From positions 1 to 64,000 of IMG/VR virus record IMGVR_UViG_3300042146_000099: a stretch of DNA of 64,000 bases. One strand, 5' to 3'. Position numbers and translations under genes: made by a program. The notes beneath the pieces are model-generated. The model did not search any database. It was not told where the DNA came from and saw nothing but the letters and a program-made list of their open reading frames with translations. This document shows positions 1-8,791 of this stretch, piece by piece (the first letter of the stretch is position 1; the number at the start of each line of letters is the position of its first letter). The DNA comes from a virus.

Positions 1-2
1 AG

Positions 3-377
3 GGGCATGGAGACCAGCGGATCCACATGCCGAAGCGCTGGCTGTTCCACTACGCCGATCACAGGGTGAAGCCCCGCACGGTTATCGCTGACGAGGTCAT
101 GGACTTCATCCGGGCGGCCGGGCCGGACGTCGAACTGTGGGCGAACTACGGGGCGTACGACCATGTCTGTCTCGCCCAACTCTGGGGGCGGATGATCGAC
201 CTCCCCGAGGGTGTCCCGATGTTCACCTGCGACATCCAGCAGGAGAGGGCCCGCCTCGGGCTGGGCTGGGATGAGTTGCCGAAGCAGATGTCTGGCGAGC
301 ACAACGCGCTCGCGGACGCCCGCCACAACAGAGTCGTCCGGCGCTGGCTGGCCGAACAGGAAGCGAGTAGGTCATGA
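3..377 (+). CDS. 3'-5' exoribonuclease-like protein (DEDDh, RNase AS-like), 5'-truncated by the window edge
   Basis: ELWANYGAYDHV..LWG.MIDLP and HNALADA motifs; frame is open to the window start. Confidence 0.75.
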   Translation, partial: GHGDQRIHMPKRWLFHYADHRVKPRTVIADEVMDFIRAAGPDVELWANYGAYDHVCLAQLWGRMIDLPEGVPMFTCDIQQERARLGLGWDELPKQMSGEHNALADARHNRVVRRWLAEQEASRS

Positions 378-745
378 AGTGGTTCGGTAGGGAGCCGGTG
401 GCGATCCTGGCGTTCATCGCGGTCGCACTCAAGCTGGGTGCGGCGTATGGCTGGGACGTGAGCGCGGAGCAGCAGGCGCTCGTCATGGCGGTGCTGTCGG
501 GTGTCGTCGCGCTCGTCGAGGCGCTCGTCCTCAAAACCGGTGCTGTGTACGCGGCGATCGTGAACCTCGCGCAGGCCGGACTGGCGCTGTTCCTCGGGTT
601 CGGGCTGGAGATGTCGGCGGAGCAGCAAGCCCTGTGGATGCTGGTGATCGAGGGCGGGGTCGCGCTCGTTGCTGTCCGGCCGCAGGTGACTGCCCCGATA
701 GCGGCGGTGCGGCTGGAGCAGTCCAGCGTCGTCAAGGCAGCCTGA
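374..745 (+). CDS. Holin-like membrane protein
   Basis: 123 aa, about 4 hydrophobic segments, starts FGREPVA as in actinophage holins; ATGA overlap with the upstream gene. Confidence 0.7.
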   Translation: MKWFGREPVAILAFIAVALKLGAAYGWDVSAEQQALVMAVLSGVVALVEALVLKTGAVYAAIVNLAQAGLALFLGFGLEMSAEQQALWMLVIEGGVALVAVRPQVTAPIAAVRLEQSSVVKAA

Positions 746-778
746 CCTGTCCCATGAGCGCGTCGGGGAGGTGGTGGC

Positions 779-1045
779 GTGGACGCGGCCATGGTGACGG
801 CGATCGCGGCGGTGGTCGTCGGCACCCTGTCCGCGGGGGGCGTCATGTACGGCAGCCGCGGCGCGAACAGGGCGGCCAGGGAGGCCAACGCGGTGACCGG
901 ATACGACAGCCTGACGAAGGCCTTGGTCGCGGAGCGGGACAAGGCGGAGGCGGACCAGGCGAAGGCGGAAGCGCGCGTTCAGACGCTGGAGTTGGAGGTC
1001 GCGCGCTTGCGTCTGCTGGTGACCCAGCTGGGGGGGACGCCATGA
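779..1045 (+). CDS. Lysis-cassette membrane protein (N-terminal TM plus coiled coil)
   Basis: Hydrophobic N-terminus, heptad-rich C-terminus, GGGGAGG RBS. Confidence 0.65.
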   Translation: MDAAMVTAIAAVVVGTLSAGGVMYGSRGANRAAREANAVTGYDSLTKALVAERDKAEADQAKAEARVQTLELEVARLRLLVTQLGGTP

Positions 1046-1722
1046 CGCGGACCCAGGTGGTGTTGTACCGGAATCGGCGTGTGCTGCTGCTGGTTGCGGT
1101 GTTGTTGACGCTGGGTGGTGGGGTGGCGTTGTCGCTGATCCTGATCGGGCGGGAGGCGGATGCCCGTCAGCAGCTTGCGCGCGAGGCTGATTTGCGGGGT
1201 GAGGCGGTGTCGGTGCTGGCGGGTGATGTGCGGGCGCTCAGGGAGCAGGTGAAGGCGGGGGGTGAGACGCCGGTGGCACCGGATCCGACGCGGGCCGTGG
1301 AGGATCTGCCGGACCGGGCGGAGGTGCCGGTGCCAATCCCGGGGCCGCGCGGGGCCCAGGGCGAGAAGGGCGAGCGCGGGGAACCGGGACCAGCCGTCAC
1401 GGGGCCTTCCGGGCCTCCGGGGAGGGATGGCGCGGACGGGGCTGATTCGACGGTGCCGGGGCCGTCTGGTCCGGCGGGTCCTCCGGGTGCGGATTCCACG
1501 GTGCCTGGTCCGAGCGGTCCGCCGGGCAGGGATGGTCGTGACGGGGTCGACGGCGAGGATGGGCAGACGTGCCCGGATGGCTATTCGTTGCAGACGCCGT
1601 CGTGGGATCCGGATGCGTTGGTGTGCCGGAAGGACGGGGCGCCGGACCCTGACGAGCCTGGCAACGGTGGTGGTCCGCAGGCGGAGGGTGCGTTGGATCC
1701 GCAGCGCCGCGTGTACGCGTGA
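1042..1722 (+). CDS. Membrane-anchored collagen-like (Gly-X-Y) protein of the lysis cassette
   Basis: ATG 1042 overlaps the previous stop; TM helix, coiled coil, GPxGxxG repeats, C-terminal CPDGY...C motif. Confidence 0.8.
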   Translation: MTRTQVVLYRNRRVLLLVAVLLTLGGGVALSLILIGREADARQQLAREADLRGEAVSVLAGDVRALREQVKAGGETPVAPDPTRAVEDLPDRAEVPVPIPGPRGAQGEKGERGEPGPAVTGPSGPPGRDGADGADSTVPGPSGPAGPPGADSTVPGPSGPPGRDGRDGVDGEDGQTCPDGYSLQTPSWDPDALVCRKDGAPDPDEPGNGGGPQAEGALDPQRRVYA

Positions 1723-1733
1723 AGGGAGTCGAT

Positions 1734-1874
1734 ATGGCTCGGATGCTTGGCCGTCGTGTGTGGCGTGGCCAGACGGTGGAGGATCGTGCGTTGCGACGTA
1801 AGCACTGGCGGGCGCGGGAGAAGCGGGAGTGGCGGCGGGAGACCATGTTGCGCGTCTCCGCAAAATGGTTCTGA
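1734..1874 (+). CDS. Small Arg-rich peptide (46 aa, MARMLGRRVW...)
   Basis: Translated by hand; AAGGGAG RBS upstream; below the ORF-track cutoff. Confidence 0.4.
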   Translation: MARMLGRRVWRGQTVEDRALRRKHWRAREKREWRRETMLRVSAKWF

Positions 1875-2088
1875 CCTGCGGCGTCATCACTTTGCGGACA
1901 GCCACAAAGCGACAAAGGTTTTCAGTAGGCGGGGCCTCGTACGTGATCACGCCGCTTCGACGACTTCGGCCTTCACCGCCACCCCGACCCCGGACATGAC
2001 TGCGCCCCGGACTGTGTGCCAGGCAGTGACAGAACCCCGGGGCGTACCAGGCCAGTATGCGGCCGCGACCACCGCCCTGTCGACGGCA

Positions 2089-2268
2089 TCAGGCCGCCTC
2101 CACCACCTCAGCCCGTTTCGCCGCCGCCCACTCCACACACAGCCGCTCGTACTCCCGCCGCTGCTCCTGCGACAGGCGCACACGCGGGTCCACCCACAGG
2201 CGCTGGATCTCCGCGTTCACGACCGCAGCAGAGCGCACGCCACCAGAGGCGGAAGGGTTGGGGGACAT
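2089..2268 (-). CDS. Small protein (59 aa, MSPNPSASGGVRSAAVVNAEIQRLW...EWAAAKRAEVVEAA)
   Basis: Translated by hand; divergent from the HTH-TPR gene; resembles small proteins I recall beside Streptomyces XRE regulators. Confidence 0.65.
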   Translation of the reverse strand: MSPNPSASGGVRSAAVVNAEIQRLWVDPRVRLSQEQRREYERLCVEWAAAKRAEVVEAA

Positions 2269-2425
2269 ACCGTCAGCCTATCGAGCGAGCCCCCCGAAGA
2301 CTCACGCCCACCCCCACCAAATGGAGAAGGCCCCCACGGACCGCAATCCGTAAGGACCTTACCCACGCACAACACCGACCGATCGGCGTACCGTTCCAGA
2401 TGTCGAGTCAGGAACGGAGACCAGT

Positions 2426-3646
2426 ATGCCCCACCCCACCGACACAGCCGAGAGCAACGGCCAGCGCCTCGCCCGACTCCGTAAGCGCCACCGCTGGACA
2501 CAAGCCCGCCTCGCCCTCGAATCCGGCTACTCCCTCGCCGCCATCCGCGCCTTCGAACAAGGACTGCGCAGCCTCGACCGCGCCGCCGTCGTCCTCACCT
2601 TCGCCCAAGCCCTCGACTGCCACCCCACCGAAATCACCGGAGCCCCCTACGTGCCCGTCCAAACCGACCGCGACGGGCAAGCCGCCGTCGCCTCGGTAGC
2701 CGCCGTACGCCGCGCGTTGATGCGCCACGGTCGGCCAGCCCGCCCCACCGAGCAGGAGGCCGCAGCCGTCGACCTCCCGCAACTGCGGACCCGCGTCGCA
2801 GAAGCCAACACGCACCGGCAGGCGGCAGCCCTCACCAAGTCGGGTGAACTCCTGCCCGCACTCCTGCGAGACCTGCAAGTCGCCGCCGAACTCACCACCG
2901 ACGACCAGCGCCGCGAAACGTACGGCCTCCTCGCCTCCGCGTACGAGTGCGCCATGCAGTACCTGTACAAACTCGGCCACACCTCGGACGCCACCCTCGC
3001 CACCGAACGCGTCCTCTGGGCCTCACAAGAAACCGGCGACCGGCTGCGGATCCTGGCCGCCCACTGGTACGACGCAGGCGAGTTCCTCACCATCGGCGAG
3101 CACGACGAGGCCGGCGCCATCATCGACGACGCCCTCGCCGAACTCGGCGCTCTGCGCACACCGGGCCCAGAGGCGGTGTCACTCAGGGGCGCGTTCCATT
3201 TGAAGGCATCGCTGAACCTGGCCCGCGCCAAGGATGCCAAGGCTGCCGTCCGCCACCTCGGGCACGCCCAGCAGGCGGCCGAGGAGCTCGGCGAGGACCG
3301 CAACGACTGGCAGATGCAGTTCGGCCCCACCAACACCGCCCTGTGGTCCGTGAGCCTTCCCGTGGAACTGGGCCACGGCAAGGACGCGGTGGCCCGCGCG
3401 GAGAAGGTGAAGCTCCCGGTCGGCTACTCCCGCGAGCGGCACTCCCACTTCCACATCGACCGCGGCCGCGCCTACTTCTACAACGGGCAGCGGGACCAGG
3501 CGGTGGCCGCGTTCTTGGACGCGGAGCGACTGGCACCGCAGGCGACGCGGGCGCATGCCGGAGTGCGGGAGACGGTCGGCACGATGATCCGAACCCGGCA
3601 GCGGGGGGAGTTGGTAGAGTTGGGGATCCGGCTCGGCGTCGTCTGA
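2426..3646 (+). CDS. XRE-family HTH regulator with C-terminal TPR-like helical domain
   Basis: N-terminal LARLRKRHRWTQARLALESGYS...FEQG HTH; Ala/Leu-rich helical repeats; FGPTN motif. Confidence 0.85.
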   Translation: MPHPTDTAESNGQRLARLRKRHRWTQARLALESGYSLAAIRAFEQGLRSLDRAAVVLTFAQALDCHPTEITGAPYVPVQTDRDGQAAVASVAAVRRALMRHGRPARPTEQEAAAVDLPQLRTRVAEANTHRQAAALTKSGELLPALLRDLQVAAELTTDDQRRETYGLLASAYECAMQYLYKLGHTSDATLATERVLWASQETGDRLRILAAHWYDAGEFLTIGEHDEAGAIIDDALAELGALRTPGPEAVSLRGAFHLKASLNLARAKDAKAAVRHLGHAQQAAEELGEDRNDWQMQFGPTNTALWSVSLPVELGHGKDAVARAEKVKLPVGYSRERHSHFHIDRGRAYFYNGQRDQAVAAFLDAERLAPQATRAHAGVRETVGTMIRTRQRGELVELGIRLGVV

Positions 3647-3654
3647 CGCGAGTC

Positions 3655-3667
3655 CTACAGTCTGTAG
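3655..3667. promoter_or_regulatory. Palindrome CTACAG-T-CTGTAG, candidate operator for the downstream small-gene operon
   Basis: Perfect 6-bp inverted repeat immediately after the regulator stop codon. Confidence 0.4.
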
Positions 3668-3699
3668 CACTTCAGTGACCCCCTGGCCTCTAGCGTCGG

Positions 3700-4053
3700 T
3701 TGAGCAGCACAAACCGCACGATGCCAGGGGGTCAGCGCATGCCAGCCAGCAGAACCAGTGAGTCCACTGCGGCCGAGCTCGACGCCCTGGCGCTGCCCGA
3801 CCCGGCCCGCCTCGAAGAGGACCAGCGGTGCGGCCGCCAATGCCTGTGGTGCCCGACCCTGCTCACGGTAGAGAACGCCGTCGACCTCGGCGAACGCCGC
3901 GAACCCGAGCACTGGTTCCCCCGCTGCTGCACCACCTGCATACGGGCCGCCGACCGGGCCCACAACGGCATGTGCGAGACGTGCGTGGAAACGCCGGGAG
4001 CCTGCGAGACCGCGGCCGCGCTGCGACATCTGGTGAGGGAGCACGCCCGGTGA
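3700..4053 (+). CDS. Cys-rich hypothetical protein (start uncertain)
   Basis: CxxC motifs; coupled to the next gene. Confidence 0.6.
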   Translation: MSSTNRTMPGGQRMPASRTSESTAAELDALALPDPARLEEDQRCGRQCLWCPTLLTVENAVDLGERREPEHWFPRCCTTCIRAADRAHNGMCETCVETPGACETAAALRHLVREHAR

Positions 4054-4241
4054 AGGGCCCTCAGCAACGGCGCAGGCCCGCAGCCCCCAGGCGCTGGTGC
4101 AACTGGCACGACGGCCTCTCGGAGACCTCGCTGCTCGTCCAGATCATCCAGGCGGCCACCGGTCCGGGCGGCATGCAGTACGCCTGCGCCCGCTGCCGCG
4201 AGCAGCACGGCCTCATACCGCTGGCGGAGCGTGCGACATGA
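4050..4241 (+). CDS. Small putative Zn-binding protein
   Basis: GTGA overlap; WCNWH...YACARC motif. Confidence 0.6.
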   Translation: MKGPQQRRRPAAPRRWCNWHDGLSETSLLVQIIQAATGPGGMQYACARCREQHGLIPLAERAT

Positions 4242-4435
4242 GCGCCCCGCTCCCCGCCGCCACCAGCCTCACCTACCGCCAATACCAGGGCTGGGACTGC
4301 GTCTGGTGCGGCAAGCAGCTCACCACCGGCGCCGTCAGCGCAGGCCGAGCCCAAGGCTCATCCGGCGCCCACGACCTCAGCATCGAGGTCTACGCCTGCC
4401 CCAACTGCGCACCACCCGCACCCGAAGGAACGTGA
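4238..4435 (+). CDS. Small putative Zn-binding protein
   Basis: ATGA overlap; CVWCG...YACPNC motif. Confidence 0.65.
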   Translation: MSAPLPAATSLTYRQYQGWDCVWCGKQLTTGAVSAGRAQGSSGAHDLSIEVYACPNCAPPAPEGT

Positions 4436-4623
4436 TGACCCAGACCACCCCCGCCATCCAGGCCGCGCAGTCCGCCGGCCGTGCCGCAGGCTACTGCTGG
4501 ATGCGGCATCCCAGCGGAAGCGCGCACTGCACCCGGCCGCCACACGGCGACGGCCAGCACGAGAGCTACTACGTCGGCCGCATATCCGCGGACGCCACGA
4601 CAGGCGTCAAGTGGCAGGCGTAA
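4435..4623 (+). CDS. Small Cys/His protein
   Basis: TGATG overlap; YCW...HCTRPPH motif. Confidence 0.6.
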   Translation: MTQTTPAIQAAQSAGRAAGYCWMRHPSGSAHCTRPPHGDGQHESYYVGRISADATTGVKWQA

Positions 4624-4629
4624 CTCAGC

Positions 4630-4735
4630 CCCTGCCGCTGTGACCTTCCCGGCGGCAGGCCCCGCCCGCTGTGCCGACAGGCGGGCGAAGGGTGACCCGC
4701 GGTCAGGCGTCCCCCGTGGCCGACCGCGGGTCACC
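4630..4735. terminator. Three consecutive GC-rich hairpins between convergent genes
   Basis: CCTGCCGC/GCGGCAGG, CGCCCGC/GCGGGCG and GGTGACCCGCGGTC/GACCGCGGGTCACC stems. Confidence 0.55.
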
Positions 4736-4964
4736 GCACTAAATCCGCAAGCGGCACACCAAGCGCATCAGCGATGAGCAGCAAGTCCGTGAGATGAGGA
4801 TCGCTGATCGCGGTCTCGTACCGGTGGATCGTCTTGTGGTCGCGACCAACCTGCTCGCCGAGCTGTATCTGGGAGAGCTTGGCTTCGCGGCGGGCGGCGC
4901 GGATGCGTTCCCCGATCTCCCGGCGGCAGATGGGCACCCAGTCGGGCATGGGGTCGAGAGGCAC
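4731..4964 (-). CDS. XRE-family HTH protein
   Basis: IGERIRAARREAKLSQIQLGEQVG...IHRYE...IADALGV; GTG start inferred. Confidence 0.85.
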   Translation of the reverse strand: MPLDPMPDWVPICRREIGERIRAARREAKLSQIQLGEQVGRDHKTIHRYETAISDPHLTDLLLIADALGVPLADLVR

Positions 4965-5167
4965 CCGCCCAAGCTGGAACGATCTTGATGGGAAGTCTTT
5001 ACCTGGCGGGGTAAATCTTGGGATCTTGGGAACCCGACAGATAAGTGCAGGCGTCGTACAACTGATCGCGGAACCCGCGAGTCCCCTTAAGCGGCCCGTC
5101 TCCGAGAGCTTCCCAGGCGATTGGAGAGCGGGCCACAGGGCCCCCAACTACACGGTTGGGGGCCCTG

Positions 5168-6571
5168 CTACTTCCACTCAATCCGCACCGCGTCCCGGTC
5201 CCAATACGAGCCGCCCCTCTGCCGTCCAATCCGCGCCGGCAGAACACGCACCGTCATCGCCCAGTCGATCGCCGCCCGCCGCCGCGCCAGATCCATCCCC
5301 GCCCACGTTGCTTCCACGTCATCGGCACCGATCAGCTCGGCCACGGGGTTGACCTTGACCGCCGACGCAAGGAGAGCCTCCGCTCTCTCCTTCCTCGCCC
5401 GCGCCCCAGAGCGGGCAACCCGCCACTCCTGCATGTCGATCTCACCCGCACCAAACGCGGCAGCCAACTCGTCGAGCTTCTCCCGCGCCACCCGCAGCTC
5501 CTCCTGCGCCGCCTTCACATCGACGCCTTCCTCCTCCCTCCCAGCAAACAGCTCCGCAGCGTCAGGCTCCTTGACCCGCCGCAGGAGATGGGACTGCACC
5601 CACTTGTCGAGGAGAACGAGGTCACGGAGCACGCAGCCGCTCTTGCGGCACTTGTACTTGGCGGGCTTCCCGCCGCCCTTCGAGAACGACGTGAGAGTTT
5701 CTCCGCACACCCCGCACAGATACAGGCCGCTGCCCAGATGCTTGCGGACGTTCGACGCGGACGGGATGCGGGACGGGTCTTCAAGGACACCGCGCAGGCT
5801 CCGCCATGTCGGCTCGTCAATCACCGCATCCCACTGCGACCGGCCCGCCTCCTCCCCGCGATGCTGGAGAATGCCCGCGTTCCGCGGCCGCTTCAGCATC
5901 CGCGCAAGACTGCTTCCGTCCCATGCCGACCCGGTTGAGGTGAGCAGCCCGCGCTCGTTGAGATCCGCGGCGAGGGACCTGATGGACGCCCCGGCGAGGA
6001 CGGCCTCGGCCGTCTCGCGGATGACTGCGATCTCTTCGTGGACGGGCGTAATCCCGTCGGCTTCCCAGCCGTAGGGGCGGGGGCCGCCGGACCACTCGCC
6101 GCGCTGGACTTTCTGGTCGCGTGCCCGCCGCTGCCGCTCGATCATCCGCTCAACTTCGTAGCGGGCCATGGCCCCGAGCTGGCGGGCCTGCCACCGGCCG
6201 GTCGCGGTGGTGAGGTCGAGGGCCCCGGCTTTGACGGTGCGGGTCTGCACGTTGCGGGGCTCGCACACGTCGATGTACTCCTCCAGTTCGGAGGGGCGCC
6301 GGTGGAGGCGGTCGGTGTGCCAGGCGATGACGGTGCCGTAGAGGCCGGCGCGGAGGTCGTCGAGCATTTGCTGGTAGTCGGGGCGCGGCTTGCCGGAGTA
6401 CGCGGAGAGGTCGTTGTCGGTGTAGACCTTGATGATGGTGAGGCCGAGTTCGGCGGCGAGGGCTTCGCAGTCTTCGCGCTGTCGGTCGATGCCGAGGCCG
6501 CCGCCTTCGCGGTCTTCGCTCATGCGGCAGTAGATGCAGGCGAGTTGCGGGTCTGCTGGGTCTTGACGCAT
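5168..6571 (-). CDS. int: Large serine recombinase (phage integrase)
   Basis: YCRMS catalytic Ser, DRLHR, recombinase domain (RPYGW), zinc ribbon CGVCG...YKC...C and coiled coil. Confidence 0.97.
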   Translation of the reverse strand: MRQDPADPQLACIYCRMSEDREGGGLGIDRQREDCEALAAELGLTIIKVYTDNDLSAYSGKPRPDYQQMLDDLRAGLYGTVIAWHTDRLHRRPSELEEYIDVCEPRNVQTRTVKAGALDLTTATGRWQARQLGAMARYEVERMIERQRRARDQKVQRGEWSGGPRPYGWEADGITPVHEEIAVIRETAEAVLAGASIRSLAADLNERGLLTSTGSAWDGSSLARMLKRPRNAGILQHRGEEAGRSQWDAVIDEPTWRSLRGVLEDPSRIPSASNVRKHLGSGLYLCGVCGETLTSFSKGGGKPAKYKCRKSGCVLRDLVLLDKWVQSHLLRRVKEPDAAELFAGREEEGVDVKAAQEELRVAREKLDELAAAFGAGEIDMQEWRVARSGARARKERAEALLASAVKVNPVAELIGADDVEATWAGMDLARRRAAIDWAMTVRVLPARIGRQRGGSYWDRDAVRIEWK

Positions 6572-6587
6572 GCCTCATGATGGCACG

Positions 6588-6645
6588 TTAAGGGTGGGTT
6601 CCACATGCGTTCGGCAGGCCGAACGCTAAGGAAACCCACCCTTAA
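6588..6645. other. Candidate intact attP site
   Basis: Two 28-bp arms in inverted symmetry (TTAAGGGTGGGTT-N6-GCGTTCGGC / GCCGAACGC-N6-AACCCACCCTTAA) around an AG core at 6616-6617, just upstream of int. Confidence 0.75.
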
Positions 6646-6654
6646 AGGTGCAGG

Positions 6655-6948
6655 TCAGTGGCTGGCGAGGCCCAGCAGGGCTGCGGAGATGCCGACTCGG
6701 GTGGGATCGCGCGACCAGATGCCGAGGGTGGTGACGCGGTCGGCGTATCGATTCAGCTCTTCGAGGAGTGCCCGGTCGATGGATCCGGGGCGCACGATGA
6801 GGAGGGTGAGGTCTTCGAGTTCGATCTCCATCATCATGCGCCCGTCGGGGAGTTCGAACGGCGGGCAGCCGGGGGGCAGTTCGTCACTGAAAACGATCTG
6901 CGCCCGGACCGTCTTGCGGGCGGTGTTGGCGGTGCAGTGTTCCGGCAT
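6655..6948 (-). CDS. Hypothetical protein between repressor and integrase
   Basis: ORF with a G-rich RBS; typical position. Confidence 0.6.
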   Translation of the reverse strand: MPEHCTANTARKTVRAQIVFSDELPPGCPPFELPDGRMMMEIELEDLTLLIVRPGSIDRALLEELNRYADRVTTLGIWSRDPTRVGISAALLGLASH

Positions 6949-6979
6949 GGGACCCCCATGGACGTGCCGCATCTTCGAT

Positions 6980-7008
6980 TCGATAGCACGTTCGAACATC
7001 GATGTTCG
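6980..7008. promoter_or_regulatory. SOS-box-like and palindromic operator cluster
   Basis: TCGATA-GCAC-GTTCGA (2 mismatches to actinobacterial TCGAAC-N4-GTTCGA) overlapping the perfect palindrome CGAACATCGATGTTCG. Confidence 0.45.
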
Positions 7009-7158
7009 TGCAGGCTACCTCAATCACACGCTTCCCAGGCGGATCGCCAATGCTGCCATCTCGAACAGGTTGCGACTACACCCAGCCAATAAGTACTACT
7101 GGGAGTGATCGCCATGGCCAATGATCTTGTGCAGGGATCAGCAGAATGCCCGATTTGA

Positions 7159-7569
7159 TTACTGGCCTTCGGCCAGCGACCGCATCAGAGCCCGGATCGC
7201 CTCGCGCTGAGTCGGCGTCAACCGATCCGCGTCCGCCAGGAACGCCCGCGCCTCAGCCGACTCGCTGAACACCGGCTCCGCCCCGAAGAACTGAGCGCCC
7301 GCCGCATCCTGCAGCACACCTACAGGCATTCCGAGTCCGGCCGCCATGCCGCGCAGCGTCTCATAGTCGGGAGCCTCGACCGGCTCACCGGTCGCAAGAC
7401 GGTGAAGCCATGACGACTTGACAGTCTGCTCGCCTGACTCGGGGTCGATACAGCGCGCGGCAAGCCTCGCGTAGCCGAGGCCGAGCTCTTCTTTCCGCTG
7501 CACGACGATGTCACGGAGCTGAGATCGCCCGCCCGTCGCCTTGGGATTTCGCGCTGCCATGAGGGTCAT
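7159..7569 (-). CDS. XRE-like immunity repressor
   Basis: HTH-like (LGYARLAAR...SSWLHRL...GMAAGLG); divergent from the early operon. Confidence 0.75.
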   Translation of the reverse strand: MTLMAARNPKATGGRSQLRDIVVQRKEELGLGYARLAARCIDPESGEQTVKSSWLHRLATGEPVEAPDYETLRGMAAGLGMPVGVLQDAAGAQFFGAEPVFSESAEARAFLADADRLTPTQREAIRALMRSLAEGQ

Positions 7570-7671
7570 GATGCCACTCCGGTGTGTCTCGTGGGCTGTG
7601 GGGTGTCCACGCGATCAGGGGGGCGTGGCCGACAACCCCCCTGATTACACAGGGCTCTTCACCCTGCGCGC

Positions 7672-7771
7672 TGGACAGAGTGTCCACGGAAGTGGACGGC
7701 GCGCACTAGGGCGTACGGCTGGTTTGGCGGAATTCACACCCGACCATCCAAGACGGTGGACATACCGTCCA
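7672..7771. promoter_or_regulatory. Operators TGGAC-N5-GTCCA in the divergent lysis/lysogeny switch
   Basis: TGGACAGAGTGTCCA (7672-7686) and TGGACATACCGTCCA (7757-7771), plus extra half-sites. Confidence 0.65.
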
Positions 7772-7840
7772 CGCCATGCAATGCTCTAACCATCCAAGCG
7801 GTGCAACACCGCAAGGCGATTCATTGCATGAGGTGGACGC

Positions 7841-8146
7841 GTGACCACATCCATCCCCGCCCAACCCGCCCAAGACCTGCTCTTCGTCGTCGACGCGGAA
7901 CTCCTTGAACGCCTGATGAAGCGCACCAAGACCGGTGCCGAGATCAGCGGGCGGGAACTGACCAGGCTGGCCGGCATTGCCAGCGGAACCATCAGCAACG
8001 TCCTGACTGGCGGACGGCCCCGGCTTCAGGGCGCCACCGTGGCCCCGATCTGCGACGTGCTTGGCGTCGAGCTGCTGGTGCTGTGCACCCCGGTCGAGCG
8101 ACTGGAACCCGCAGCGGCTCGGCTGGCTGAGTTGAGCGCGGCATGA
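7841..8146 (+). CDS. Cro-like HTH protein
   Basis: SGRELTRLAGIASGTISNVLTG...ICDVLGV; first gene of the early operon. Confidence 0.8.
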   Translation: MTTSIPAQPAQDLLFVVDAELLERLMKRTKTGAEISGRELTRLAGIASGTISNVLTGGRPRLQGATVAPICDVLGVELLVLCTPVERLEPAAARLAELSAA

Positions 8147-8328
8147 GCGAGCCGTTCTCACTCGCCGATGCAGAGGCCACTTTCGGCCCCGACGACTGGG
8201 AGCACATCGGCGACGCCGTCGCTGCCGCTCCCCCATTCAGCCCCGAGCAGGTCATGGCCTTGCGGGCCTTGTTCGCCGCCGGTCGCGTGGCACGGCCGAC
8301 GGGCCCGTCGGAGACGAACGCCGCCTGA
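8143..8328 (+). CDS. Small hypothetical protein
   Basis: ATGA overlap; APPFSPEQ...LRALF. Confidence 0.65.
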   Translation: MSEPFSLADAEATFGPDDWEHIGDAVAAAPPFSPEQVMALRALFAAGRVARPTGPSETNAA

Positions 8329-8413
8329 CCCCACCCACGCCGAAGGGCCGCCCGCTTGTCCGGCCTGGCAGCCCTCGATCGGCGAACCCCACCACACAGA
8401 AAGTGAGGCCTCG

Positions 8414-8791
8414 ATGGCCACATCCTTGCAGACCCCGACCGTTGAGCAACTCGCGTGGCGCACTGAGCAGGACGCCCGTGAGCGGAACGAGCGGGCTTAC
8501 TGCGTCACCGTCGACATTCAGGACTTGCCGTCTGGTCACGTCGCCTACCAGGCGACGGCGGACGCGGTGCTGGTGACGGCGACGAACATGGACGTTCTCG
8601 GCGAGTGGCTGTTCGTGATGGGCGGGACGGTTGAGAAGGCCGACCTGTCGCACGGTCAGACGGTGTGGACGCTGCACACGTCGACGTGGTCGGACTCACC
8701 GAAGTTCCCGCCGGTGCCGGTGCATGTGACGGTGGTGCAGCTGACGGGCGCCCCTGTGATGCACGAGATCGCTGCGGCGGTGGCGGCGTGA
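8414..8791 (+). CDS. Hypothetical phage protein
   Basis: ATG with GAGG RBS; GC-rich third codon positions. Confidence 0.65.
   Translation: MATSLQTPTVEQLAWRTEQDARERNERAYCVTVDIQDLPSGHVAYQATADAVLVTATNMDVLGEWLFVMGGTVEKADLSHGQTVWTLHTSTWSDSPKFPPVPVHVTVVQLTGAPVMHEIAAAVAA

Noticed and set aside
1340-1560. Direct repeats in the collagen-like gene (DSTVPGPSGP twice)
   Set aside because: Explained by Gly-X-Y protein repeats.
1000-3200. Sharp switch from G/T-rich to C/A-rich plus strand near 1950
   Set aside because: Similar local skew swings recur across the window and do not match the candidate origin; cannot be interpreted without computation.
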